Assembly (NCBI GenBank): GCA_030704615.1
Contig: CM060733.1
Coordinates: forward strand, 73,098,001 to 73,162,000
Length of the DNA: 64,000 bases
Direction: 5' to 3'
Origin: Takakia lepidozioides
Taxonomy: Eukaryota; Plantae; Bryophyta
The position numbers and the translations under genes are program-made. Position 1 is the first letter of the stretch. Every line of letters starts with the position of its first letter. Below the pieces are notes generated by a model, which worked only from the letters and a program-made list of their open reading frames with translations, did not search any database and was not told the origin of the DNA. Below, one piece after another: positions 38,721 to 50,553 of this stretch.

Positions 38721-40799
38721 TAAATGGAGTGGCATTGCCTGGACCACTTTCCTTTTGATGTACTGAGGTTGGTCACTTGGTGCGTGCTCGTGACTACAAT
38801 CATGTTGTTGTGATGTGCTTATGATGATATGCCAAATTTTCCAACTTCAGGGGGGACATTCAGGTTATCCGGAGCAGCAAAGGGCTGTGGTTTGTGGGGT
38901 TCAACTCCCCACTGGATACATTTGCTGATACATCTGGTGATTTGTTCATTTTTGTGATAAGCGTGTCTCTCTGAAGGGATTTCCACCACACAGGGCCTAG
39001 GGTTAGGCAAGAGAAGAAGAATGATGGCTGGCAGGTGGGTGATGTGGGAGGTACTCCACTGGGTGACATAACGCAGGCTGGAAACGTGGACTGGAATCGC
39101 CTCTGCAATGGCACCCAAGCAAATGGTGTCCTGTGGCTATGGTCTTTCCTCTGGTTGTAGGCACTGAATTTGGTGTCTTCATGAAAAAATCTGTCATCAT
39201 AATTTCTTGCTCTTCTTCCCCTTCCCTACTTTGTGGTACGCACTAAATTGATGGGCATGCACACATTCAAGAGAGACCTCTTTTCCTGGAAGAAGATTAC
39301 GAACCATCAGCCCAGACATGAGTCAAGGCCTAGGTTAAGTGAGGCTGAACAATATGCACATGAAAATCCGAGTACTGTTTTGACTCAACATTGTCCGAAC
39401 ATGCTTGGAGTACGCATGCTGATGGGATATGGATAGCTTCAAATTCGTCTACAGGTCATGAGAATGGAGCTGACATATAGAATCACCAGGAAAATACACA
39501 GGCCCTCAGTGAGGCAATTGAGATATCATGAGGTCAGGCTCCTGTGTCACATGCTCGACTGCACAAAACTTCGAGAGCAGAATGATTTTGTCAGGTAGGA
39601 TGGAGAACCTTGATGTCAAGCAGCTGAAAACTTGAAAAAAGGGGATTTCATACGCGGTACAAATTGATTATCGATCCCTGCCCATCCAAAAGCATCAGTG
39701 TAGGTAATCTGTATTTGAAAGAATAGGGGTGTAGAAGCTAAGCTTGTTCAAACTTGCAAAGGGGCACATCCATTCACACACTCCCATCGACATGGCAGCC
39801 GTCTCTACACTGGTGTGCCTCTGCCTCTCTATCAGGAAGGAGATTCTACCTCCACAAAACAGTATTTTTAGGCATTGGGTTAGGGCTACCACATTGCTTG
39901 TCCTCGTTCGAACAGCCAACTCCAAATTTTACTCATTTCACCATCAAGACTCTGATTTAAACATGCTGTTCACAATATCCTGAGTAATATACACTCAAAG
40001 CCCCACCCTGAGACTTGATACAAAGGTTGATTACAGAGCTCCCCTCTTCAATTGTTTTATACCACTACGGAACCTCCACTACATCCATGGACACCGCAAT
40101 AGACACTGCCATCAGTTCATTCTAAATTAACTAAAGATTCGGCCCTGGCTAATATTCTCACTCTCATTGATACCTGGCATTGTGGTTGTTCCAATTTCCA
40201 TTTGCAAGGGCCACAACCTCCAGCACCTCCACAGCCCCATGTTTGTGAGACTAATATCCTCACAACCCTGACCTAACCAACAATATACAGTGTCTCCATA
40301 GTCGGGAAAAAACCAGCCCTCCAAAACTTGGTTCAACTTGTAGAAGCCCCAGCTTATATAGCCTGCGAATCACTTGTGCCGCTAACAGGTCTCCCCAGAT
40401 GGTAAACTCTCCTGTTGCTTTAATAGATGGCCTATGATACCTAGTTCTGTACAACTCAATGGTCAGTGGCCTTAGAATCTGAAGTGAGTGCAGTACTGTG
40501 TTTATTTCCCAGTGACATCCATTGCTAAAGGAAACTTGGAGACTGGTTGGATTGGAGTAGAGAGCATTTACAGATCTATAGATATAGATAGATAGATATA
40601 CAATTATAGAAACTATATATCTATCTCTATATATGTTATATTCCACGCTCGGCAAGCCTCAGCATTGGTACATGGACAGTAAGATCGAGCAGATTCAAGT
40701 CAAGAAAGAATCCCTCACAAGTTGGTCAACTTGATCTCGGTCCACTTGATCTTCATATTTATGATGGGCCATGAGAGGCTCCTGCGTAGTGTGTGAGGC

Positions 40800-40870
40800 A
40801 TGTGGGACATAATGAGAATGAAGGTATGCGAGGCCCTTGGCAGCCCCGAGTGCTATTCTTCGTGGCGTGG
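40800..40870 (-). pseudogene. Receptor-like kinase fragment
   Basis: RRIALGAAKGLAYLH only; no other kinase subdomains are visible. Confidence 0.55.
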
Positions 40871-42659
40871 TTGGTGAGGACGGGAGCTCGTGATATCCTG
40901 GATCTGCATGAAAAGATAAATTATTCAGCATCAAACCTGACTTTGCAAAATGTACAGTCCACCTCCCTCTGACAGAGCCTTAACGATAGGATGCCTGCCC
41001 TCCCCAGAGCCCATCATCAGTTTACCATGCATTGTGTCTGGAAGCTGTTGTTATGCTTGGACAATCCAGTTACAGCATCAATTGGGCGTGAGTTTGGGGA
41101 TTAGCACACCTTATATTCAAGAAAGCAGTACGATATATCATCCAACACTGCTTTTCTGTAGCCAGCTGGTTAATGCAGTCCAGCTTTTTTGGTTGCACAG
41201 AGACCGATAGACAGACAGAAGAATGGAGATTTATTGCAGGAAAGCATATGATCCGCTGAGACTTGAAAAGATAAGTATGGTAGCCAATTTAAAAAATCCA
41301 GTGTAATCACCTTCTTCAAGGGGATTCTCAGATTGCCCGGGCTCAACTCCAGCTGTGCCTTCTGAAGAGGCGGTTCCCTTCGAGTCCTCATTCAATTCTT
41401 TCTTCCGTGGTGCATTCTGATCTGTTGGCATCTGGAAACCTGATTCACACTCTGTACATACATATTAGACCATCTGCACATATGGATGTTTAAAGAAATC
41501 ATCAGGAAAGGAGGTAATTCTCCAGGACAAGAAAGATGATGGCTTTAGAACGTGCTAAGGAACTTTGATGCAGGCAGAAAGCAGTGGCCCTCTCAGAATC
41601 AGCAGGTCTGGTCTCCAGGATTGATCTAAAATCTAACCATACAAATTGCTCAATGTACTTGGAACAAAGGGATTCAAATCGAGCACCACACTTTCGCAGT
41701 TTCCCTCAAAAGCAGACTCAGCACGAGAACTCAACGTCATATATCGTACGCCCGAGCACACATGTACACTCAGTCAAAACCCTCAAACAGATGATCATTC
41801 CCACCACGGAAAGACTGTAATTTAATGAAAGAGACTGGCATCCCCCACCCGCTGCCAGAGAAATCACGCAGCCCGACCACATCCAAGCTAAATCCAGCAG
41901 CTTTTTCCGTAACAAATGCACAAATTTCGGACGGTGGTAAGACTTTGAGAGAAAACCTTCGATTCAATCAACGAATCTCGCTATGCCCTGCGAAAGCTGT
42001 TAGAATAACACCAGGGAAAGGTGTACCCGGAAGCTAATCGAACTTGAATAGACACCCAAAAAATGGCGTCTGGAGGTTGACAAGGGAACCGCTGAAAAAA
42101 CCCATACAATGTCAATCTCCAAGAACTGCCAGTGTAGGGCAGCATGGCAGGCCATGTGCTTCCACCGACTTTTGAATGAATGATGGATGGGCAAGTGTGT
42201 GAGAGCGAGCGAGAGTTAGTCATACACTGGGTTTTCTTTCATCCATTTCTGCAGTCTATATGTGGCAGGAATATCTCAAGGGTTGAGCAAGAATAAGTAA
42301 AGTAAAAGTAAAGTTTGTTTGATGTCCAGTGAATTTACAGAGCCTACTGCTCAACACAGAGCCCATCGAGGGGCCAATGGACAGTTGAAGGCAAGTGTTG
42401 AAGGATTGAACCCAGGATCATAACCTCACAAATACCCAACCACTGGGCCTCCCAAGTGCTCAAGTGAAAGGATACAAGGACTTTACGTATACGTAAAGCT
42501 TCAGCACGAGGCCATTACGTGGGTCGGGCACAATCATGTATAGGAGAAGGGCCTAAGTGGAGGGCCTTCCACCATGTGAGGGCCCTAGACGAGGGCAGTA
42601 GCCCGAAGGCCAGGTCCCGAAAATGGTGGAAGGCCCGACACATAGGCCCTTCTCCTGCG

Positions 42660-43215
42660 TAAAGAACTGCCCGAGAATCACTCTGAAGTGTTCGAGGTCC
42701 GGGCGATGTGCCAGCATGTTGTGGACATGGCGGTCTCCAAAACCGGTTTTTTGTTCTGTAATGGGAGGTCATCCTCCAAGGTGTCTACAGACATGTCTAC
42801 AGTAGTTGTCCCCCAGTTGTCCGCACTCTCTGTCCTCCGGCACCTTCAGGGCGCCTCGGTGTGGTGCGGAGGTTCATGTCATACCTCCATGAATGAAGGT
42901 GTTCCTCGTCTTCTAAGTTGCCGAGAATAGTCTTCCGCTTCGTTGTCCGAGTGAGAAGGTCACCCTCAAGCCCTGGATTTCTACCATGGAGAGGAGTGCC
43001 ATCCACAAAACTTCTTACCGCCTCAGCCATTTTAAGAAGATCCGAAGACCACGTTGTCGCCCGTGCTAGTAATTGTTCGCGGTCGGGACCGGAACCCTTT
43101 GCACCACCATTCAAATAATTGTTGTAGGACGATGATTGCACAGTAGCCCTTGTCATGTTGTTTTTGGTGGCTGTGTAGAGGTCCACTTTCAAGACACCAC
43201 TCCCGCCCTGCCAGC
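42660..43215 (-). pseudogene. Fragment of MULE-type transposase C-terminal region (close relative of copy B)
   Basis: SW.GGSGVLKVDLYTAT...QSSSYNNYLNGGAKGSGPDREQLL. It spans intact the point that is split between 30789 and 33592. Confidence 0.78.
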
Positions 43216-44957
43216 TCGGGGGATGCTATTGTGTGACCAGATCCCGCGAGCAGAAATCTGCTCACGCTTGAGGACTTGCCTACCTATAATCACGGACGTC
43301 CAGTCGACTTAGAAGACCTATTACTGTGCACAGGCCGCCAGTTATCACAAGGTCGGATATGGATGCTACTGGCATGAATGAGGGATGAATGTCGAATGAA
43401 TGTTTGTTATAACGAATGAGAGGGTGAAATGAATGACATACAATGAAAGAATAGATAGTTGTTTGTAGTTGGTAGCTTTCCAAAAATCCCTGCCAGCTCC
43501 GACATGAAACCACTGCTTGTCTTTGCTTGAAAATCAATTATATGTCGGTGCATATGCAGTGTATATTGCAAACTTTGAGTCCACATTGCTTTGTTGATTG
43601 GGAAGGACCACATGTCATTTTTCCAGTTATACAAGGTTGATAGAGAGGCTCACATCCAATCATAAAGAAGGCATACAGGTGAACTCGTGGTTTTTAAGCA
43701 AATCCTTCACAAGAATCGATTCATTCGGACAAAGAAGATCCACTGCTAAAAGACGCACTGTTCAGGACGAAGGCAGAACTGTCCACAAAGACGCTAGCCC
43801 TGCTCTGCTGAAAACCATAACTTTCGTGATGCAGAGAAGGGGGAGATGCCAACAGACTATATGTCGCGGCCTTTTGCCTTGAGGCAGGGGGGTCGGGACA
43901 CAAGAGGGGCTGCCCTGTGGTGGGGGCAGTGGCAACAATAGATGCGGGGGCTGAAGCACCCTTGAGTGCCCAAGGCACTTAAGGAGGCGAGCGCGCTCAC
44001 TAGGTGGAGCCCCGCACACCGGGTTACGGTGGGGGTGGTTCCACGAGGGGTGGGTGGTAGCTTAGTGGTCTTAGTGGGGGTGGCATAGGACTCACCATGG
44101 GGCGGAAACCTTGTGGTGGGAGTCGTGGGGAGTCTTGGGACTCATCACGGCCCAATGAGGCCGTGGTGGGTGGGCCAAGACTCACCGCGACTCATCACCG
44201 GGAGCCGAGGGTTTTTCGTGTGGTTCGCCATAAATTGGCAGGTTGTTTGTGAAACCCCCGTGGACAGTCACAGAAGTATATATAGGGAGTAGTAACCCCG
44301 AGAACGGTGCAAGCCCGTTGGTGACCAAAAGCTAGTGAGTAAGTGTGCGAGCCGGAAAGCGATCAAGTGGTGGGGCTGTTTCGGACTGCCATCGACCAAA
44401 GAGAATTTCCACTTGGCCCAAATTGAGAGAGGGCCTCGTGGATGAGTAAAGGGGGACCATTATGTCCCGGTGAGCAGCCGAAGCTCCGAGTTGGCCCGGA
44501 GGCCAGTTTGGGAGTTAGGCGCGCGCATCAAAGTGAGTAGCTATGACTTGAAGGGGAGCTTACCAAAGTGAGGTGCGCGACACCGGCGGCCAGTTTGGGA
44601 TTTAGGCGCGCGCATCAAAGCAAGTAACTATGACTTGAAGAGGAGCTTACCAAAGTGAGGTGCGCGACACTATACTCCTTAGCCGCGCCTCCACATAAGA
44701 TGACAAATGAAATTGTGTTGGAGGACTTGGGAAAAAATCCGGGTTGGCAAAGAACGGCAGAAACCGTGGCGTCATAGGACTCCTGCAACCACACAGTAAT
44801 AAGAAAACTTCGTAAATACTCTGGAAGCCAAACTTCAGCCACCAAAAATAACACCAAAAGGATCCGTCATGGGGTCTATGAGTTGCCACAAAAGAACATG
44901 CATTTACTCACATGAAAAATCCGAATCCACATCCAGAGCATCCGGCTCTTGCAGATC

Positions 44958-46500
44958 CTACTCCTCCACAATCTTCTCAGTCTTGGTCAAATGCGAGGAT
45001 CCCTCAGAGAGTGGAGCGATGACCCAAGAGTAAAGCTCCTCGTCCCTCTCAAACCCAAAAAGATGTGTTTCTGCACACTTGCAGGCATGGAACGAAGCCC
45101 CTGCAGGATAGCGAATGAAAGCACGAAACCGTGTCACAAGCCAAAATAGGAGAGGAACATGTGCAACGAAGAATGGAGAGTTTCGGCATGCACCTGTGCC
45201 CATGGAGAGGTCAACCACTTTGCCACCATGTCGGCTGCATGTCTCAATGAAGGTCTGCATGAACGCGGGCGACTTCTCCCGGACACCTCTCCATGGAATT
45301 CCTCCAGTCTTTTTCAGAGTCTGGGACGCATCCACATAGTTGTGAACAACATCAGATTCGACTGGGTCACATTCTGGGTCTATGTGCAGACCTCCTCCCC
45401 AAACGTTGAAATGCCCATGGCAGGCCGAATTCGTGACAGGCAAATGGCCTTGAACATATGGGTCTGCACCAGCAACAATGGAAATATGTCAGCAACTCTG
45501 GGTATTCAACGACAACACGGATGAAGACAATGAAAGTTTCAGGAAATACCTTCTGCCTTGGAAACTCCCCCTTCGACAGAGGCAGTGTATTAACACATGT
45601 CCATAATTTGTTGATTTGGAACCCAGAGGACTTCATGTAGCTATGAAGAATCTGGCGGGATGCCATGTCGTCAGATTAAAATATCAGAAGGCCCCCTGCG
45701 TCAGAGAGGAACTTGTTGCTGAACGAGAATGCCCACTGCCAATACATAGGGTTTTGAGCATTCCACTGTGGAGTCACAACATGGGGAATGATATCAAGCA
45801 CAGGCTGCCCATCCGGGATGTCAAGGAGTACAAGGTCAGCGGCGTAGGGCTGCTGGACACCGTTCACCGAGCATGGATTCTTCGTCACCTGCCAAAAGCA
45901 AATGCAAGCGAATCAAATTGGGTAGTTGGTGTACATTCAGGGAACTGGTAGTACAAAGAACTGTTGGATTAAGATGTCGTTGACGACATCTTAATCCACC
46001 AAATCCAACACCCCACAATGTCATGAAATGGGAATCAAAGTTGAAAGATGCATGTGCATTACCAGGGTGAGGAAAGAGCAGAGATGGTCCCATGCAGGAG
46101 ATTTGACCCCTGTGAATGTGGACTTCCTGGACTCCATCATACTCAGGAAGCTGACGTTTGCCGTTTTCCGCTGGAAGTGCGGACCCACTACTCTGGAGAC
46201 ACAAACTCGGGCTTCGTAAGGTCGTTTCCCTGCCCTGTGGTTAGTCCTTTCATCAGCTGGGAGGGAAATCTACTGGACCTCTGTACGCACAATGCGATCA
46301 TCTGCCTGTGGGCGATCAAAAACTGCCCCACCAGTCCCTGCAGGCCCTGACCCAGCATCAACGCCAGCCGCAGCACCGGCAGACCCACCTGCCTCCGCAG
46401 TCTGTTTCCCTTTGTTTTTCTTCTTCCCACCCACGGGGGTGGCCGTCTTTGCTGGCTCATTCTTACTCAGCTGCACAAGGAACCTAGCCTGCAACTACTC
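44958..46500 (-). pseudogene. Beta-class N6A/N4C methyltransferase-like gene, copy C (all motifs present, frameshifted)
   Basis: Exons ~45888-45550 (ADLVLLDIPDG..WN..FLSDAGGLLIF), 45463-45194 (KSPAFMQTFIETCSRHGGKVVDLSMGTG) and 45100-44958 (ASFHAC..THLFGFERDEELY). The 5' end is approximate. Confidence 0.78.
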
Positions 46501-46603
46501 ATCTGTCCGGGGTGCCAAGGCATCTGCATTCTCATTCTAATTCCTCAAGATTTGGCAGAGAAAGCGGAAGAAGGCTTGGGAGAGTCAGCGTCAGTTCTCA
46601 TCC

Positions 46604-49600
46604 GTGGATCCTGCAGTTCAAGAGCAGACCATGCCAGAGCAGGGTCATGTCGCTCAGGAGGAGGAGGTGCAAATAATGCAGTGTCCACGACAGGTTGCAG
46701 CCGAGGATCAGCAAAAAAACACACAAGTGCCTCCACAATCCATGAAGGAGAAGAGTCAGGTGCAAGGCAAAAGGCGTGCAGGAGGGGGCGGGTCTTCTAG
46801 CGGAGGAAAGAAGCCTGAGAAGGTTAGTTCATACATTCGAATCCATGTTTCTTGCAACACAAAGGAGTTAGATTGAGGTGTCGCTGACGCCACCTAAATA
46901 GGGCACCTTTCCGGGTAATGGTGTACGTAGGAAGGTTAAGGAGAAGGAAGATTAAGGTGTCATTGACGACAGCTTAATGTGCCACTGCGTTCAACCAAAA
47001 ACATTGAGAAAACACCCAAGAACTACAGCAGATTAAGCTGTCGTTGACGACAGCTTAATCTGCCACTGCATTCAACCTCGAACATGGGGAAATCACCTAG
47101 AAAAACAGCAGATTAAGGTGTCGTTCACGACATTTTAATTTGTTAATGCATTCAACATAAAACAAGGGAAAAACACCCTACAACTACAGCAGATTAAGGT
47201 GGCGTTGACGACATCTTAATCTGCCTCTGCATTCAACCCAAAATATGGGAAAAACACCCTACAACTATAGCAGATTAAGGTGTCGTTGACGACATCTTAA
47301 TCTACCAATGAATTCAACCCAAAACATGGGAAAAACACTCTAGAACTATAGCAGATCAACAACACCTTAATCTGCCTCTACAATCAAAATAAACATGGGA
47401 GAAACACTCTAGAACTACAGCAGATTAAGCTGTTGTCAACGACAGCTTAATCTGCCACTGCATTCAACCTCAAACATGGGGAAATCACCCTAGAAAAACA
47501 ACAGATTAAGCTGTCGTTGACGACATCTTAATCTGTCAATGCATTCAACATAAAACATGGGAAAAACACCCTACAACTACAGCAGATTAAGGTGGCATTG
47601 ACGATCTCTTAATCTGCCTCTGCATTCAACCCAAAATATGGAAAAAAAAATACCCTACAACTGTAGCAGATTAAGGTGTCGTTGACGACATCTTAATCTA
47701 CCAATGAATTCAACCCAAAACATGTGAAAATCACTCTAGAACTTCAGCAGATTAAGGTGTTGTTGACGACAGCTTAATCTGCCTCTGCAATCAACATAAA
47801 CATGGGAGAAACACTCTAGAACTACAGCAAATTAAGTTGCCGTCAACGACACCTTAATCTGCCACTGCATTCAACCTCAAACATGGGGAAATCACCCTAG
47901 AAAAACAGCAGATTAAGCTGTCGTTGACGACATCTTAATCTGCCAATGCATTCAACATAAAACATGGGAAAAACACCCTACAACTACAGCAGATTAAGGT
48001 GGCGCTGACAACATCTTAATCTGCCTCTGCATTCAACCCAAAATATGTGACAAACATCCTACAACTGTAGCAGATTAAGGTGTCGTTGATGACATCTTAA
48101 TCTACCAATGAATTCAACCCAAAACATAGGAAAATCACTCTAGAACTTCAGCAGATTAAGGCGTCGTTGACAACAGCTTAATCTGCCTCTGCAATCAACA
48201 TAAATATGGGAGAAACACTTTAGAACTACAGAAGATTAAGCTGTCGTCAACGACAACTTAATCTGACACTGCATTCAACATCAAACATGGGGAAATCACC
48301 CTAGAAAAACAGCAGATTAAGCTGTCGTTGATGACATCTTAATCTTGCCATGAATTGTGTATCCTAACACATGGCATTTTGCAGAAAAAGAGAAAGAAAG
48401 CTGGGGGAAGCCAGCCTGCAGAGGAAACAGTTGTTCTTGAAGACAGGGACATTGTTGTGGACGCCAACTATGAAGCCAAGGTGCATTCTCTTATGTACGC
48501 CACCAAGGTGAACTCGAGGAAAGTCATCAACTCCATGGAAGTGAAAGACGGCACTCTTTTCATTCCTCTGTGCCGGATGATTTCTATGCCAGCAAATCGG
48601 CCTGCCCTTCACCACGATATCAAGAAGCTACAGGGGGATTTTATCCATGGGTACTTGAAGGGTTCGGCTATGTTTTACGTGTCACTGACTGATATCCAGG
48701 GATCTGAGAAATTGGTGGACTTGGATGTAATGGACAGTTGGGACCCGCTTTGGAAAGAAGTGAATACGGAGTTTGAGATTGAGTTTTCACAGAACCAACA
48801 CACGTCCAGTACATGAACAAAATGTTCTTAGTCTGGGATGGCAACCACCGTTTGGTGGCCTGGATGGAGTACATCAGTAAGATGCATGCGGAGAACAAAG
48901 AGTGGCACTATCGGGTTCAGTCAATGGTCCTAGATCCGGAGGGGAAGTTCACGCAGCTTCTAACTGCAATACACGATATCAACAAGTAAGAGTCTTGCCT
49001 ACTTCTTGTCTTCCATTTCATTGTTATGTCAATCTTCAGACTTTGTCAACTGACTTGTTCGCATTGCAGGGGGACGGAGACATCCCATGTCACCACCAAC
49101 ATAGTTCATTCCTTGTTTCGTATGCAAAGCATAGGAGTGATGCCATTGGAAACGTTCGCGAGTGTCTTGTCCTCGGACACACTGAAGAAGTGCCAAACGA
49201 TCAAGAAGACAGAGACTTGGTACAACCTGACAAGGGAGGTGTTTCTCGACTACTTGTACGCGGTGAGTTTCTGTATGGACTGCCATTCTGCTTGAATTGT
49301 GGATATGACATGTTTTTGCTTTGGTTTTGTTGTTCACGAGGGTTACATGGATGTGTCACAGCAAGAAATAGCAGAAGTGGGAGAACAAGCCAAGCTGGAG
49401 TATTACGCCACTACAGATAAGGATGAGAGAACGACAAACGGGGGCAAAAATGAAGGCGGACATGGATACCTGCAGGAAGAACCTGAAGAGCGCGTTCGAC
49501 AAACACATTCGAATCGCTGACCCCGGATTGGGAAAGGGGTTTTTGGAGCAGGTTCGGATCCACTGGAACAAGCCCACTATGCCAGAGATGACACAGGAAA

Positions 49601-50117
49601 AGCTCCACCGCCTTTCATTTCCATGGTTGACCCTGCTCAGAAAGTGAGGTGGCTGGAAATCTGGAACTCGGATCCGATCATCCGGGATACAAACAATTTC
49701 CCAAAACCAATGAAGGACGCTGAGACTGGGGTGGTGACACCTGTCAACGACTGCGCATTTGACACTTGGTTGCACAAAGCGACCTTCTGGAGCCAGGTGA
49801 GACTCTAAAAACATTGTCACTGTTCCAGCAATGAGTACATGGTTTCTTCTGTTGAATAACTCAACATTTGGCGGATGGTTGTGCAGCTGGAAAAGCGGGC
49901 AATTGATACTTTTGAGAAATCACTGCTGGACTACAAGATCACAATGACCACTCCGAGCATCAAGTTCCAATCATACGTTCGGAAATGGAGAAGAGAGCTG
50001 TGGAAGTATGCATTTTTCCGTGAGTTTGAGAAGAAAGAGGGCATTCTCCACTCGCAAGACTTCGACCATCAGTCTCGCAGAGAACTCAACACCTGTTTGC
50101 CTGTGCAAGACACTTAA
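46604..50117 (+). pseudogene. Multi-exon gene with ParB/sulfiredoxin-like domain
   Basis: IPLCRM..NRP...DIKKLQGDF..GY and FLVWDGNHRLVAW (48831-48860). GT-AG introns at 46823-48384, 48986-49069, 49263-49361 and ~49797-49887; several frameshifts. Confidence 0.68.
46868..48345. repeat. Tandem array of ~81-bp units, each with a ~36-bp palindrome, in a 5-unit higher-order repeat
   Basis: GCAGATTAAG anchors at 46947, 47028, 47108, 47189, 47270, 47351, 47420, 47501, 47582, 47666, 47747, 47827, 47908, 47989, 48070, 48151, 48231 and 48312; degenerate first unit at ~46868. Confidence 0.97.
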
Positions 50118-50553
50118 ATACAGGCATGCCACGCATCCATGTTTGACATAAGGGGTTCGACCCACAGCGTAGTTACTGAGGATGTGGCATCTGCAAAGTC
50201 GGCCGCAATTCTTGCCTCTCAGAATCTTGTGTCCGGCGGTCTGTGATCTGACATCAATGGGATGAAATTCTCCAGCATCTGTCAGAGTCAAAGCCGGCTA
50301 CTAAACATCATGCAAAGTAATAATTTGCCTCAGCACCTTCAGTCGGTGGATCCACTGAGACATTGTCAGGAAGTGGTCCGCATAGTTCGGCCTTCCTGGT
50401 GTACTCTTATCACCTACTCTCCACTGTCCACACTCCTGTGCTCGTGCATGCAATGTCTCTCAACTCCGACGTCGTTGTTTCTACTCCAACGCACAAGCGG
50501 AGTACCTGAGTGTCGTAGCCGACGGGAATGGGCTTGCCGTTGTTCAAGAAGAC

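Noticed and set aside
38810-42300. Host gene on the minus strand
   Set aside because: Exon-like stretches exist, but I could not assemble a spliced frame or recognise a domain beyond a short kinase fragment.
43280-44940. Solo LTR or copia end, including an ~88-bp tandem duplication near 44500-44670
   Set aside because: No consistent TG..CA boundaries with a matching target-site duplication were found.
47420-48265. Flip-flop inversion of hairpin loops (GTTGAC vs GTCAAC; also GGTGCC vs GGCACC elsewhere)
   Set aside because: More simply explained by CpG deamination on either strand of an ancestral GTCGAC or GGCGCC centre.
46868-48345. True CRISPR array
   Set aside because: The linkers are homologous to each other and cycle in a 5-unit pattern rather than being unique spacers. 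No cas genes are visible, and the context is eukaryotic and intronic.
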